DNA of 49,383 nucleotides, filler included, from Bipalium vagum (Eukaryota), in NCBI GenBank assembly GCA_037834085.1. It is 2 parts of 2 records of this genome, joined end to end, with 100 filler letters (N's around TTAATTAATTAA, not from the genome) between each part and the next. Parts side by side here need not be neighbours in the genome. Positions count along the whole stretch, not along the records: positions 1 to 22,314 come from JBBMKC010223232.1; 1 more part is not named here. The stretch is one strand, 5' to 3'. The translations under genes and the position numbers were made by a program. How positions within the stretch are numbered: the stretch's first letter is position 1; each line of letters starts with the position of its first letter. The notes under the pieces were generated by a model. That model did not search any database. It was not told where the DNA came from and was given only the letters and a program-made list of their open reading frames with translations. Positions 1 through 11,729 of this stretch are shown here, one piece after another.

Positions 1-365
1 AGAAAGAGGTATTCTCAACAAAGGACGCCTACTCCTAAAGCCACCTTCCAGTGCTCTGTTGTTAATCATTCTTCGAGTCAGCGGAACTGCAAGCATAGTG
101 CTTATTGTTGTGTATGTTGTCATTCTAATCGAACGAATGACATTCATTAGCTGCCGATTATTTCTTTGTGACGTAATTTTGGGTCTTCCGGATCACGGCA
201 AATTTTCGTTAGCGTTCGTTTCCAACCAGCGTTTCCATGCACATTGCACCGTGAGCGGTTTACCTTAAGTGAAACTTCTGACTGTGACATACCAACCTCT
301 AACATGCCAATAATTCTTCTTCATTCAAACTGAGACAATTCAGGGGTACCTTTTAATCTTGTCAT
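1..365 (-). mobile_element. Tc1-family transposase N-terminal fragment, pseudogenised, runs off the window start
   Basis: Minus strand reads MTRLKGTPELSQFE*RRIIGMLEVGMSQSEVS...P*SGRPKITSQRNNRQL...GFRSRRP, a Tc1 paired-HTH region with the GRPR/K linker; in-frame stops and a frameshift. Confidence 0.8.
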
Positions 366-3215
366 TGAAAAATAGCTATGAAATAATGATTTAAATATTA
401 TTGATATATTTTTTAATTAATTTACACTATAAGTAAATAGATTTGAAAAATTTAAACAATAAAAAATAGTGTAGAAATTTTTTAATTTATTATCAATTAT
501 TTAGAATTTTAGGGTGCTTTTTACTTTTTTCCATGAGTATATTATTAATTTTTTAATCAAACCATATTTCGGTTCTAAAAATTCGATGGTCATTAATCAT
601 CTCTCCAGTTTGGAAATTGTAATTTTATTTTTGTCTCATTTTCCTCTACACTCAATTTTATTTGTATTTTATAATCTATTTAACGTGACTTGTTTAAAAT
701 AAAGTTTCATAAAATTAAGATAACTGTCAAATGTATTAATCTTGTGGATTTTTACTAGAAAATCTAAGAAAAAAATTTTAAGTTTTGAGCACTTTATTTA
801 ACAAAATATTCTCCATTCTTTTTTTTCTCTGCGGCATTGGCGTGTAAAAATCGTAAAAATAATTATTATGTAAAAAAAGATATTAAATAGAATTAAAAAA
901 TCAAAAAGAACGCTCAAATATATATAACAGCATATCTTACCAGAAGAAAATTCATAACGTCAACTATAAAGGAAAAATTATTAACGTCGACTTTACCAGT
1001 ATGTAGAAACCAAACACGCACTACTCGTACTTATTAAAATAATAAGTAACCTTTTAAACAAGAGTTCAACCAAATATTTTAAAAAATGTAAAATCTTTAT
1101 GCCCCGAAATATTTTTATTTTTTAAATAATAAATTATCGATCAAATAATAAAAATTATATATCAATATTTTTTTTAATTGATAAAACAACTTGTTTTGAA
1201 AACAAAACATTGTTTGTCATATCTGTCTAAAATAAATATCTAAATGAAGGCCTATGTTAGAACTTGGAAATCAATTTATTTTTAAATATTTTTGTTTTTG
1301 TTCATTGTTTCACACGCTAAGTATGACGATGAGACAATTTTTTTTTCTTCATTGAGGACCTCAAGAGCGAGAGTATTTTTAAACCAAATTAAAAATAAAA
1401 CTTAAAATAAAAGAGTTTTATCAAGAACGATAATCACTAATTTGTACCTGAATTTGTTTATAAGAATTGAATAAAATTTTATTTATTTAAATTCTTTGTT
1501 TTAATTATTTTAATTGGATACGCATACAGTATCCATCTTCACACGTTAATACATATCAACCAATTCATTTTTAATTCCACAATTTTTAGGATATTAACAT
1601 ATGATGTTCTCCGAAATATCACATTTCTATTAGAGAACCATTTTTCACTACTAGAACGATGACGAAGAGTCATTAAATAGAATGGAAAATATGTTAAATG
1701 AAGTGTGTGTTCAGAATTACCATCATTTTCCAGATTGAATTTCTGGCATTTAAATTTAAGAAACTATCTTAGAACCTTTTCTTTTGACATAACACCTTGT
1801 CCAGAGGTCTCACAAATCTTATTAGTGATAATTAAAACACTTTTACCTTTCTTAAAATAAAAGATGATTGTCGAAATCCGTGTTTCGGTAGGTCTATTTC
1901 TTAATTTCAAAAATTACTACGTAATAATATTTTTCTATTTAAAAATATTTTCCTTTTATTTCTAGCGCTGCATTTTTAATTTTATTATTTTATTTAAACA
2001 ATTAAAACATATCAACTTAAAATGAATTCATTAAAAAATCACAGGACTTCCCGGAGGACCAAAGACTTCGTTTGAATAACTATTTAAAAAGCTTTTTGTA
2101 ATACTTCTTGTCATCCAGATTATATAGTACACATTCTGTAATAAAATTATTTCGTCTATCATAAGTAATATCAAGCTCTATTTGTGATTTTAAGAAAATT
2201 TCATTTATTCAAAAAGTTTTCCAGGCCGCAATATTTCTGATTTTTTTCTGACTAAAATCTAATAAAAGTTTCGTAATAATAATAATATTTTAAAAATTGT
2301 AGACAATCTCGTATTTCAACCATTTAAAAATATAAAATAAAAAAGATTTCAATAATTTTTTTGTTGAATTTGTTAAACATGATATTCTTCTATTCGTCGA
2401 TCTCAATGTCTTTATCTTTTTGAAAAAGATGCATTAAAACCCTATATTTTCTTTCAAAAATCTCATTTAATTATCAATATTCTTTCACCCGGAAATTTTT
2501 TGAACCTCGAAAAAATATTAATGGCTTTTAAATTTATTTAGTTTCATTTGACACGAAACCAAAGTGAAAATGCATTATTATTGAAATTAATTTTTAGTTT
2601 TTATACTTTATTATAATTAACATTTTCTCTTGTTTTTGTCGTATTTCATATTATGGAATAAACTCATGTTAGTGATGTATTAAACAATATTTATCATTTA
2701 AACAAATAAAACAATACTCCTTAAATTCCTAATGGTATTTTATCGAAGGTTTGTTCTCATTTTCATTTTTTAATTTTAACTTGCCTTATAATTTTTTACA
2801 ATTATTTTTTAATTGATTTTAAATTTCACCTTTATTAAAAAATTTTCCACATTAAAATCAATATAATTTTCATTCATGAAAAGATTACAAATTATTTTAA
2901 CGACTCTCGGTTCAATTTTTGGCCAAAATTGGTATTTTCTTATTATCCTTTTCTGATCAAGCTTGACATTGTATTAATAATACAATACAATAATAATATA
3001 ATAAATACGTATGTGGCGTTATTGAGAAAGAGACCAATAACCAAATCCCCTATACTCAGAGTAATGTCCAATATGAGCCAGGATCACTTAGTTAAGGCAT
3101 ACAGACAAGTTTAATTTCAAGTGGAAACATTGATCCAAGCTGGTGGTCCTTTTTTGAATAAAATTATAAGACTTTTTTTTTATTCATGGCCCATTTTTCA
3201 TCAAAGAAGTTATTA

Positions 3216-4190
3216 CGAGGGGTAGTCGAAAAGTGGAATGAGGAATATGGAAGGCTTAGTAAAAATAAAAAAAATTAATCATAAAATACGTTATTTTAAT
3301 ACCATATTACTTTTAGGTAATAATAAAAATCGCATTTGTTTAAATAAATATTTACATTTAAATATGGCTTAAAATCGAAAAATATGAATTTATCAATGGA
3401 AAACTTTCGAACAATGATTTTTATGATTTCCGATGCGGATTGATATATCAGCAATGAATGGATAGCCTAAATTTGAAATTTCCTGATGATGCTCGACTGA
3501 AAACTACAGTATATCGATGGTTTCATAAATTTAAGTCTTGACATGTATCATTGAGTGATGATGAAATTCGTCCAAAAATAAGTGTTTCCGATGAAAATAT
3601 TGAAGTTTTTCTGAAATTATTTGAAGAAAATCGTTGGACAATATATGATGAAATTTAGACATCATTAAACATATCTCGGACTTCAATCCATTCTATTTTA
3701 TATGAACACTTGAGTTTCAAAAAGCTATGTTCTTGTTGGATATCTTATAATTAGATATCCTTACAATTGATCAAAAACGAGATTGCCTTAATTGATCCAA
3801 AACTATGGTCAATAAATTTAAGCAGAGAACCTCAAAACATTTTTATGACATCGTCAGTAGTGATGAATCATACTACTACATACTCATATAAACCCGAAAC
3901 AAAGCAGCAGCCAATTTTTTGGGTGTTTCAGGGAGAAAAAATACCAACGAAATTTGTTTGATCCCAGAACACATCCAAGCAAAGAGTTACATTTTTGATA
4001 AATAAATCAGATCATGTCGGTACCATTCCTTTAGATGATTGTCGCACAGTTACTTCGAATTTGTATATCACAGTTTCCTTGCCTGAAATCTTCAAAGAAT
4101 GGATAAAAAACAACTCGAAACGCTTTATCATAATTTCACTTCCCATACAGCCCATAAAAATTGAATTTTTAGGATTCAAAACGTTGAATT
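3216..4190 (+). mobile_element. decayed mariner element (left TIR plus broken transposase)
   Basis: TA|CGAGGGGTAGTCGAAAAGT terminus; MNLSMENFRTMIF/YDFRCGL, KKLCSCWISYN (WVPHxL-like), DES..YSYKPETKQQ, HVGTIPLDDCRTVTS; many stops. ORFs 3767 and 3995 are pieces of it. Confidence 0.85.
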
Positions 4191-5867
4191 ACAATTCTTA
4201 TAATAATATTGAATACCCTAAAGTTCTGTGTATAACGCGCGCGTTATACAAAGAAAAAGACGATATTTTTACAAAAAACACGCTGCATGTTATATAAAGA
4301 AAAAAGATTATTTTTTGACCAATAATATGCTCGTTATACATGGCAAATTGTACAAAAAAATTAAATGAAAAAAAACTAAATTGAGAGCCAAAATTTATTT
4401 TAAAAATCGCGCTATTAATTTCAATATTAAAACAAGATGTAACAAAAATAACTTTTTATTTTATTCAGAAAATTTTAAATATTCAAAATAAATAATCAAT
4501 GTTTTATATTTATTAATTCAATAACATATTTTCTTTAATTTATGTCATTATAACAAAAACGATCATTTTTTATGGGACACCCTAATATTTAAGATAAAGC
4601 ATCAATAAAAGGAGTATAAGATTAACAGGACTGTTATTTTTTATATTATTACAGATCTAGCAACCTATTTGCTTCTCAAGAATTGAGCTGATCAGAAATA
4701 ATAATATATAATTAATAGATGAAACAGGCAGTTTACTCAAGGTTCCAAAAAATTTACAAAATAATAATAATAAACAAGAAAATAGTTTTTTCAAAAATTT
4801 TGTTTTAGCTTATTTTGGCGATTTTTCTAAATTAGTTTCCATATTTTGCCTGATTCGCAAAAATCGAAAATAGTTTTCTTATGTCCTAATAGGGATTTTA
4901 AAATAATTAGGTTTAGTCTTCGAGTTTATTTGATGGAAACTAAATAATTTCATTTCTACTTGAAGAAGGAGAAGAAATCGTCTTTTCGAACGCCCTAATT
5001 TAGGGCTGAAGTCGCGCAACAGTTCCTAACTTTGAGAATTGTAATTGGCTGATAACAGCCATATATAGGCCTCTTTGAGTTGAATATAGAAGAAGGCAAG
5101 AGAAGAACGAAAAGAAACGAGATTAAAATTTATATGTTTGAGATACGATTGAAGATTGCGATTTAAATTTATATGAACTAATTAATATAAGAAAAGTACG
5201 GTTTTTTTTAATTCAATAGATTCGCTTAGCGTTGCCACGGGCATCGTATCGAGGCCTTGTAGAAATTTAAAATTGACTAACGCTTTAGTTCATCCAGACA
5301 ACATTGGTGGATCCGAACCGAAGTCTGTATTCAGTAAAATTAAGAATCATTTGATTAGTGAATTATATGTCTATTATTTGACACTTGGTTAAAATTAGTT
5401 CATTCCATTTAGCCTTATTTCATCTTACCTTTACTTTCTTTATCTTGATTAACAGCGTAATTGTGAATAAACTGAGAACATTGTGATATATTGGAATCAA
5501 TTAGTTGTAGAGTATGTCAAGAGCATATATAGACATCGATATCTGTGTTGAAAATTAAGGTATTATTGATTGATCATTTCTGTTGTGTTGTTTAGTGATT
5601 TAATAAAAGTTTTAGACTTGAGTTTATTTTTTTATGGATTGTGCAAAGGCAGTGCAGTAACACCGTTTTACTTGTAGTATAACTTAATTTAGCAGTGTTT
5701 ATTATATTATTTATTATTCTATATTTTTTAGTGTTTTATTTTATTAATTTTTTTATCCTCAAATCCTAAAATATTTTCCGTAATGTAAAATGTAATAAGT
5801 TTATCTTACTTAATATATAAAGCAAATATTTATATAAACTTCAAATTAACTTAATCTTTTAAATCTT

Positions 5868-6557
5868 ATGCATAAGGGAAAATCGAGATGTATTCACTGC
5901 TATGGTGCCTTCTCAGAACGAGAGCAGGTGTATAAATCTGAAGGATGCGAGAACCATTTATTTCACATTTTATGTTCGTTGAAACGGATTGAGGTAGATA
6001 GAGTCAAGAGAATGGAACGTCATCTACAAATGTTATATCGATGTCCTTTAGACAATTCAATGTCCAAAGTGTTTTTCACAACTTATCATTCAAATAAAAA
6101 TGATCTTCTGAATCTAAAGATTGAACCTTATAATATGAATGGCATATTATGCATAAATGCAGAATATTATTCCACAAGTATGGAATTATTAGCAATTTCC
6201 CATAATTTCTACATAGGTTCAATTAAATTCCCAATAAAAGTCAAACACGAGAATCTTTCTTTTACCAAAAAGGTTTATTTTTTAAGTCCTGAAACTATGG
6301 TTGAGAAAAAGCCATTATTCAAAAAAATTAAAAGGTTCTTTCAAGTCAACCTAAGTCAAAATTGGTTGAAAGAAACCATGTTTAAAGTTTCAATAGCAGG
6401 ACATACGCCAGACTATTTGAATGCTCCCATTTACTATTTGACCTTCCATACATATATTTCAGAATATAAGCATTTAATAGAACCAGCACTTGAGATCTTT
6501 AGATTTGTCGATGTCATGATGCAATTAAATCAATCAAAAGAATATAAACGATTCTGA
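5868..6557 (+). CDS. intronless 229-aa protein with N-terminal RING-H2-like zinc finger (C3H2C2D) and unassigned C-terminal region; putative E3 ligase
   Basis: ATG-to-TGA open frame of 690 nt in very AT-rich DNA; ligand pattern C8-x2-C11-x15-C27-x2-H30-x2-H33-x2-C36-x22-C59-P-L-D62; AATAAA near 6725. Confidence 0.65.
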   Translation: MHKGKSRCIHCYGAFSEREQVYKSEGCENHLFHILCSLKRIEVDRVKRMERHLQMLYRCPLDNSMSKVFFTTYHSNKNDLLNLKIEPYNMNGILCINAEYYSTSMELLAISHNFYIGSIKFPIKVKHENLSFTKKVYFLSPETMVEKKPLFKKIKRFFQVNLSQNWLKETMFKVSIAGHTPDYLNAPIYYLTFHTYISEYKHLIEPALEIFRFVDVMMQLNQSKEYKRF

Positions 6558-6881
6558 AATATATTTTTTATATCATGAAACTTTCTTGTAAGCATTAACA
6601 CGGTTTGATGATAATTTAAAAGTTAAAAATGATTAAATTTTAATAATAATTATTTATTGAAATTTATTACCTGTGGTTATTTTATTTTATTTGTTAACAA
6701 AATTAATCATAAATATAAAAATGAAATAAAGAATATTTTCATATCAAATTATTTTTTATGATAAATTTTGTAATAATATTCATTTTAAATAATAATTAAA
6801 TTTTGCAATAATTACGAAATTCTAAAGTTTTTTAATTCGTTAACAATTTATAAATAATATTGCATTATTTTATAGCAAGTA

Positions 6882-7140
6882 CGATGGTGTATTGATAAGG
6901 AAGCTATCTAAGTAAGAAAAAACGTTTTTTGAAAATTTTATTTTTATTTCTCAACATAATCTCCTTTTAAGCTGATGCTCTTTTCCAAACGGTGCTCGAG
7001 CTTCATGATGCCCTTTTATAAAGTATGTTTTATCAAAAGCTTCAAATGAGGTCGTTCCTTCTGTATTTTTTCCTTGAAATTGTTCAGCAATACCATTTAA
7101 TATTTTGAAACTATTAGTCAACATTTCATATCTTAGCCAA
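6882..7140 (-). mobile_element. mariner 3' end fragment with TIR
   Basis: Minus strand GIMKLEHRLEKSISLKGDYVEK* resembles the Himar1-type C-terminus; TA|CGATGGTGTATTGATAAG terminus. Confidence 0.7.
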
Positions 7141-7177
7141 AGTTAAATTTTCCAATAAGTGATGATGAAAAATAATA

Positions 7178-8420
7178 TTAGGTTGTTCAAAAAATAAGGT
7201 CGGTTTTCATGAAGCCATTTATTTAACGTTAATTTAACAATCTTTCTTTTGTTTTACTACTTAAATTATATATCATTTTAAAGCGTAGATTTCAATCTAC
7301 ATTCTCATCATATCAATATTTTATATAAAGTTAAAATAATATATTTAATTAACATAGAACGTAAAATAGAATAGAAACAATTACGACCAATTTTTTATAT
7401 GAATATAAACTTTGCCATAATGCAGCAGAAGCCAGTCGAAATATTCGGTGAAGGAACAGCTAAGGAGTGAATGCTTCAACGCTGGTTCAAAATTTTCTTG
7501 ATGGTGACGAGACGCTAGAAGATGATGATGGCCATGGGCGAAGGACAGTGATTGAAGACTTTGGTTGAGGAAAGTCTTTGTACAACAGTTGGAGAACTTG
7601 CTCAAGAAATAAGTGTTTCTGTTGGAACCATTTGAATCACTTGCTGGAAATTGGCAAATCAAAAAATCTTGACAAATGAACTCAATGAAAAACAGAAAAA
7701 TCCTCGATTTGAAGTGGAGTCTTCTCTCCTTTTGCGAAACAATATTGGTCCCTTTCTCGACCGTATCGAGACTTGTGACGAGAAATGGATTATGTATCAT
7801 AACCGGTGTCGTTCAGTTCAATGGTTAGATAATGATGGTTAGTTCCACAACACTTTCTTAAATCAAAATTTCATCAAAAGAAGGTTATAGTTACTGTTTG
7901 TTGGTCAGCAGCCGGTCTCATCCATAACAGTTTCTTAAATCCTGGTGACGCCATTACGGCAGATAAATATTGTCAACAAATCGACGAGATACGCTTGAAA
8001 CTTCAGAAAAAACACTGTGTTAGTTAATAGAAAGGGAGTAATTCTTTTGCACGACAACACTCCAGCGCATGTTGCACGTTCGTCCTTAGAAAAATTAAAC
8101 CAGTTGGGATACGAAACCCTGCCTTATCAAACTTACTCACCAGACCTTTCGCCCACGGATTATCCCTTTTATGTTTTTTTTATCACATCTGCAGAATTTT
8201 CGGAAGGATAAATGTTTCAGAAATCAAGACAATCTCGAACAAGCCTTCAATAATTTCATCGCTACCAGAAATACGAACTTTTATGCAAATGGCATAAATA
8301 AACTTGTGAATTGTTAGGGAAAGTATATTGATTCAGATGGATCTTATTTTGATTAGATGTGTTTTCTATTAAAATATATGCTTTCGAAGTTCTATATTAA
8401 AAACGACATTATTTTTTGAA
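7178..8420 (+). mobile_element. near full-length decayed mariner (cecropia/Hsmar1-like)
   Basis: TA|TTAGGTTGTTCAAAAAATAAGGTCGGTTTT left TIR with partial mirror AAAACGACATTATTTTTTGAA at about 8400-8420; KQLRPIFLYEYKL, TCDEKWI, LLHDN, YSPDLSPTDY motifs; frameshifts and stops. Confidence 0.92.
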
Positions 8421-8943
8421 AATAATTTTATTTTATACCGAGAAAAATAAAAATTGAAAATACTTGATATTATAAGGATCAGTAAAAGGAAAAGTTTTGT
8501 ATAAGTTTTTATTCATATTATAGTTTTGGCATGATAAATTGTGAAACCATAAAAAATTCTACTCATCAAAAACTAATTCTGAAGATCTCTATTCAAATAG
8601 TAAGACAAAAACGTATTATTATTAAAAGAAAAATATTAAATAAATTAATAAAATTCTTTTCTCCAAATTTTGTAACCCCTTGATTTTTAAGTTCTACAAC
8701 AATCTGAACTTTTCTCTCAATAGCATAAAATTTTTAATGATGTCAAAAATGTTACCGCTCAGTGGTAAAATTTTGCATGACATTAAACTGTATTCAATTT
8801 CATGGTACATTTCACAATTTATCATGCCAGAACTATAATAAAAATAAAAAATTAAATACAAGACTTCCTTTTACTGATCTATATAAAATCAAGTATTTTC
8901 AATTTTTATTTTTCTCGGTATAAAATAAATTATTTTCAAAAAA
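8412..8943. repeat. fold-back/MITE-like element with ~140-bp inverted arms (8412-8550 vs 8801-8943)
   Basis: Left arm TTTTATACCGAGAAAAATAAAAATTGAAAATACTTGAT...GATCAGTAAAAGGAA...GGCATGATAAATTGTGAAA is the reverse complement of the right arm with few mismatches; inner imperfect palindrome at about 8740-8783. Confidence 0.85.
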
Positions 8944-9056
8944 AACTTTCTATAAAGCACTTTTTTCTGAAAAATCATTATGTACAATAATAATAAAAAT
9001 TGATTAAAAATTAAAATCAATAAATATAAAAACAACAAGAATTAAAAGAATATTTA

Positions 9057-9743
9057 TTATATTTTCGTTCTTTTCGCATTCTTTTTTGTATTAGAGAAAG
9101 TTCTCTTCCTGGAATTTTGTGTTGATGATAACAGAGATTTTTTATTCGGTAATTCTTCCTTCTCAATTTCGAAGTCACTGTTGTCAGAATCATTACCATC
9201 ATCATCGATCAAATCAAGACAGTCTTCATCGTCCTTGGCATCAATGTCATCGGAGGACTCTCCAGAATCAATATTTTCTGATTCTTCTTCTTCTTCATCA
9301 TCAATATCATCCGGATTGTCTGAATTTTCATCCAACGAGTCATTAACATCTTCAATTCCATCATCACTGTCTTCATCATTGTTCTCATCACTGTCTTTCT
9401 CTTCATCATTTAGTTCCTCATCTTCTTCCTCACAGTCCTCAATATCTTCAACGACCTCTTCTTCCTCCATTTCCACGTCTTCAGTCTCATCGTTGTCAGC
9501 CTTCTCCACATCAGATTCAACATCTTCTTCCTTTGCCTTGCTCTCAGCACCCTCCTGGCAAAGCTTTTTATGCTTTTCTTTCAACTTTTGCTTCTTCTCT
9601 ACGTTTTTTCTTTGTTCCTCTCTTCGTTTTTCTTTCAGTTTCAATTTCTCGTTTCTTTTCCTCTCCAGTTCCAACACTTCTTCCTTGGTTCGATTCACGA
9701 ATCTATGGTACAACAGCGCTCCAGAATGAACTCCTTCGTGGAT
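9057..9743 (-). CDS. PPAN: PPAN exon 3 (coiled coil, D/E-rich tail, basic C-terminus)
   Basis: IHEGVHSGALLYHRFVNRTKEE matches the post-Brix PPAN segment; stop at 9057-9059 overlaps an AATAAA (9058-9053). Confidence 0.9.
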   Translation of the reverse strand: MHEGVHSGALLYHRFVNRTKEEVLELERKRNEKLKLKEKRREEQRKNVEKKQKLKEKHKKLCQEGAESKAKEEDVESDVEKADNDETEDVEMEEEEVVEDIEDCEEEDEELNDEEKDSDENNDEDSDDGIEDVNDSLDENSDNPDDIDDEEEEESENIDSGESSDDIDAKDDEDCLDLIDDDGNDSDNSDFEIEKEELPNKKSLLSSTQNSRKRTFSNTKKNAKRTKI

Positions 9744-10791
9744 CTGAAAAATGTTTCAATAACAAAGATAAAAAAGTCACACTGACCTTTATCAGTTGTA
9801 ATGTCATCCTAGGACCAATTTCCAGCAATCGAACTGCAGTTTTACCTGTACTTCCAGGTAATTCTTTGACGGATTTCGTCAACTCGATGGTGGCACCGTC
9901 TCCTTCAATATCAGACATATCTGATTCCGAAACATGTCCAGACCTGCTTATGAACTCCGCAATCGATCCGTATTTTGATAAGTCTGGAACTTTAATATTT
10001 TTACTAGTCACTCCGACACCCAATTTCCGAATATTCTTGTTCAGTTCTTTGTTTTCCAGCTTGATGAAATAATGTCTAAAAACAAAGATCTCTCCCAACT
10101 TTTGTTGAGTAGACTCATCGCTTTCTGGCATTTTATTCTGGTGTGACAGAAGCAGGGCTCTTCTAACACTATTAAATTCCATTTTGTTGATGTTCAAAGT
10201 TGGTAACATGTTTTGGAACGATGAGCTGACTGCTTTCAGATATTCTGATTTTTCGGAATTACCAAATCCCTCGCAGATGAGCAGTGGATGTTTCTGTAGC
10301 CAATTGTTGTTCATACCGAAACCGCTAAGTGTTTGAATATCTCTTTTTAAGGTATATTCTCTGACTCTGTATGTAAAGCTAGGTCCATGTGGAACAATTA
10401 TGTTATGACAATATACGCCACCCTTTTCGTAATCTAATGATATTAAACTTTAAATCAAAACTTGAATAAAAGTACTTGTTCCTTCATTCCAATCGCATAC
10501 TTTATTTGAAGAGCGAGCATGAGTGAAATAAATAATATTTTTAACGTGATTTTTCGTAGCATAATCGATATAATCTTTGATAGTATTTTTTCTACTGCAA
10601 TATATTTCTTTAAATGTATGTGGTTTCATAGTAGACTGGAAATCATTAACAAGTTGCTTAACTAAATTGCTTGCATTTGGTTTACAAAATATCATTGTTT
10701 TAGGAATATCACTATTTTCGGCCTCTAAAGCCTTTTTCTCTCTTGATATGGCCTTACTTAATTTTTTAGATTTACCAACTTTTTTGGTCAT
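9057..10791 (-). CDS. PPAN: Peter Pan / Suppressor of SWI4 1 (SSF1) homolog, Brix-domain 60S biogenesis factor; 3 exons, about 549 aa
   Basis: Exons 10791-10476, 10433-9787, 9743-9057 join in frame (1650 nt). Motifs: LVNDFQSTMKPHT, RKNTIKDY, PHGPSFTYRVREYTLKRD, FQNMLPTLNI..VRRALL, FRHYFI, AVRLLEIGPRMTLQLIK|IHEGVHSGALLYHRFVNRTKEE; acidic tail. Intron 1 boundaries are less certain than intron 2. Confidence 0.93.
9787..10433 (-). CDS. PPAN: PPAN exon 2 (Brix domain core)
   Basis: Contains PHGPSFTY and the EIGPR motif; donor AAG|GTCAGT at 9786 opens a 43-nt intron ending TTTTTCAG at 9744. Confidence 0.9.
10476..10791 (-). CDS. PPAN: PPAN exon 1
   Basis: ATG at 10791; donor GTACTT at 10475 opens a 42-nt intron 10475-10434 ending ATTAG (phase 1). 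Confidence 0.85.
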
Positions 10792-11729
10792 TCTTCACGC
10801 AATTATAAGAAGTATTATCATATATTATTAAAACAATATTTTAATTAATCTATTTAAACTTAAAATTTTATATCATTTTTATTAGTCTATAAAATATTGC
10901 AAATAATTATTTTACATTTATAGAAGATGTTACTTGTACATATTTGAACATTTAGCTAAAGCTTAAAATGGTTTTCAACCAATTTCTTTAAACACAGTTT
11001 GTTACTAAATATTCAGATGTTTTCAAAAAACATTTTAGTATAATATTAATATATAATGTAATAAGAAATGCCAATTTATAACGTTTTCTTAATATACATT
11101 ATTAATATTACAAAGGTATAATTTCAAATAATCAAAAAGGTCAGTGATTTTGGGTTTGTTGCTCTGGAGAAGCTATGATTAAATCCTCAAGACGTATCAG
11201 TGTCAAAGACATTCATAAAAATTGTCATGACATCTCATGTCATATCTTGAGAAGACATGGAAATTAGATAGTACATTAAATAATTGATAAAATTTGAATG
11301 CAGTGTCATTAAACCGATTGAAAATGGACTAAACCAGTATCTTTAATTGTGTTAATTGAAAGAAGAATTGATGTTATGCAACTCGCTTTTATAGTAGATT
11401 TTAGCTTTTAAAATTTCAAGTTTGATCAGGTGTTATCAAATAGCTTTTTTGGGTTGCATTGCGTTAATATTGACTAATTATTTCTTATTGAAATTACCTG
11501 CAGCTCATTCAAATTCTTATAATTTTTATAAAGATATTGACTGAAGTATTTATTCATTGATATACACTAATACCTCGTTTAATGTTAGGGGTTCGTTCCT
11601 TAAGAATCTTACGTTAATCGCATTAACGAAAACAGAGGAAAAAATAGCACGTGATAGATAGTGATAAGTTACTAATTTTTAAAAAACATTGTTTGATTTT
11701 TATTTCTTAATTAAAAGATAGGAACAATA

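Noticed and set aside
8017-8211. Domesticated SETMAR-like gene
   Set aside because: No SET domain; broken frames inside TIRs.
9119-10072. Plus-strand Ser-rich and other ORFs (9119, 9181, 9533, 9570)
   Set aside because: Antisense shadows of the GAA/GAT-rich PPAN exons.
10450-10452. In-frame TAA in PPAN as stop-codon reassignment or readthrough
   Set aside because: It lies within a canonical GT-AG intron; other exons have no in-frame stops and Gln is encoded by CAA/CAG.
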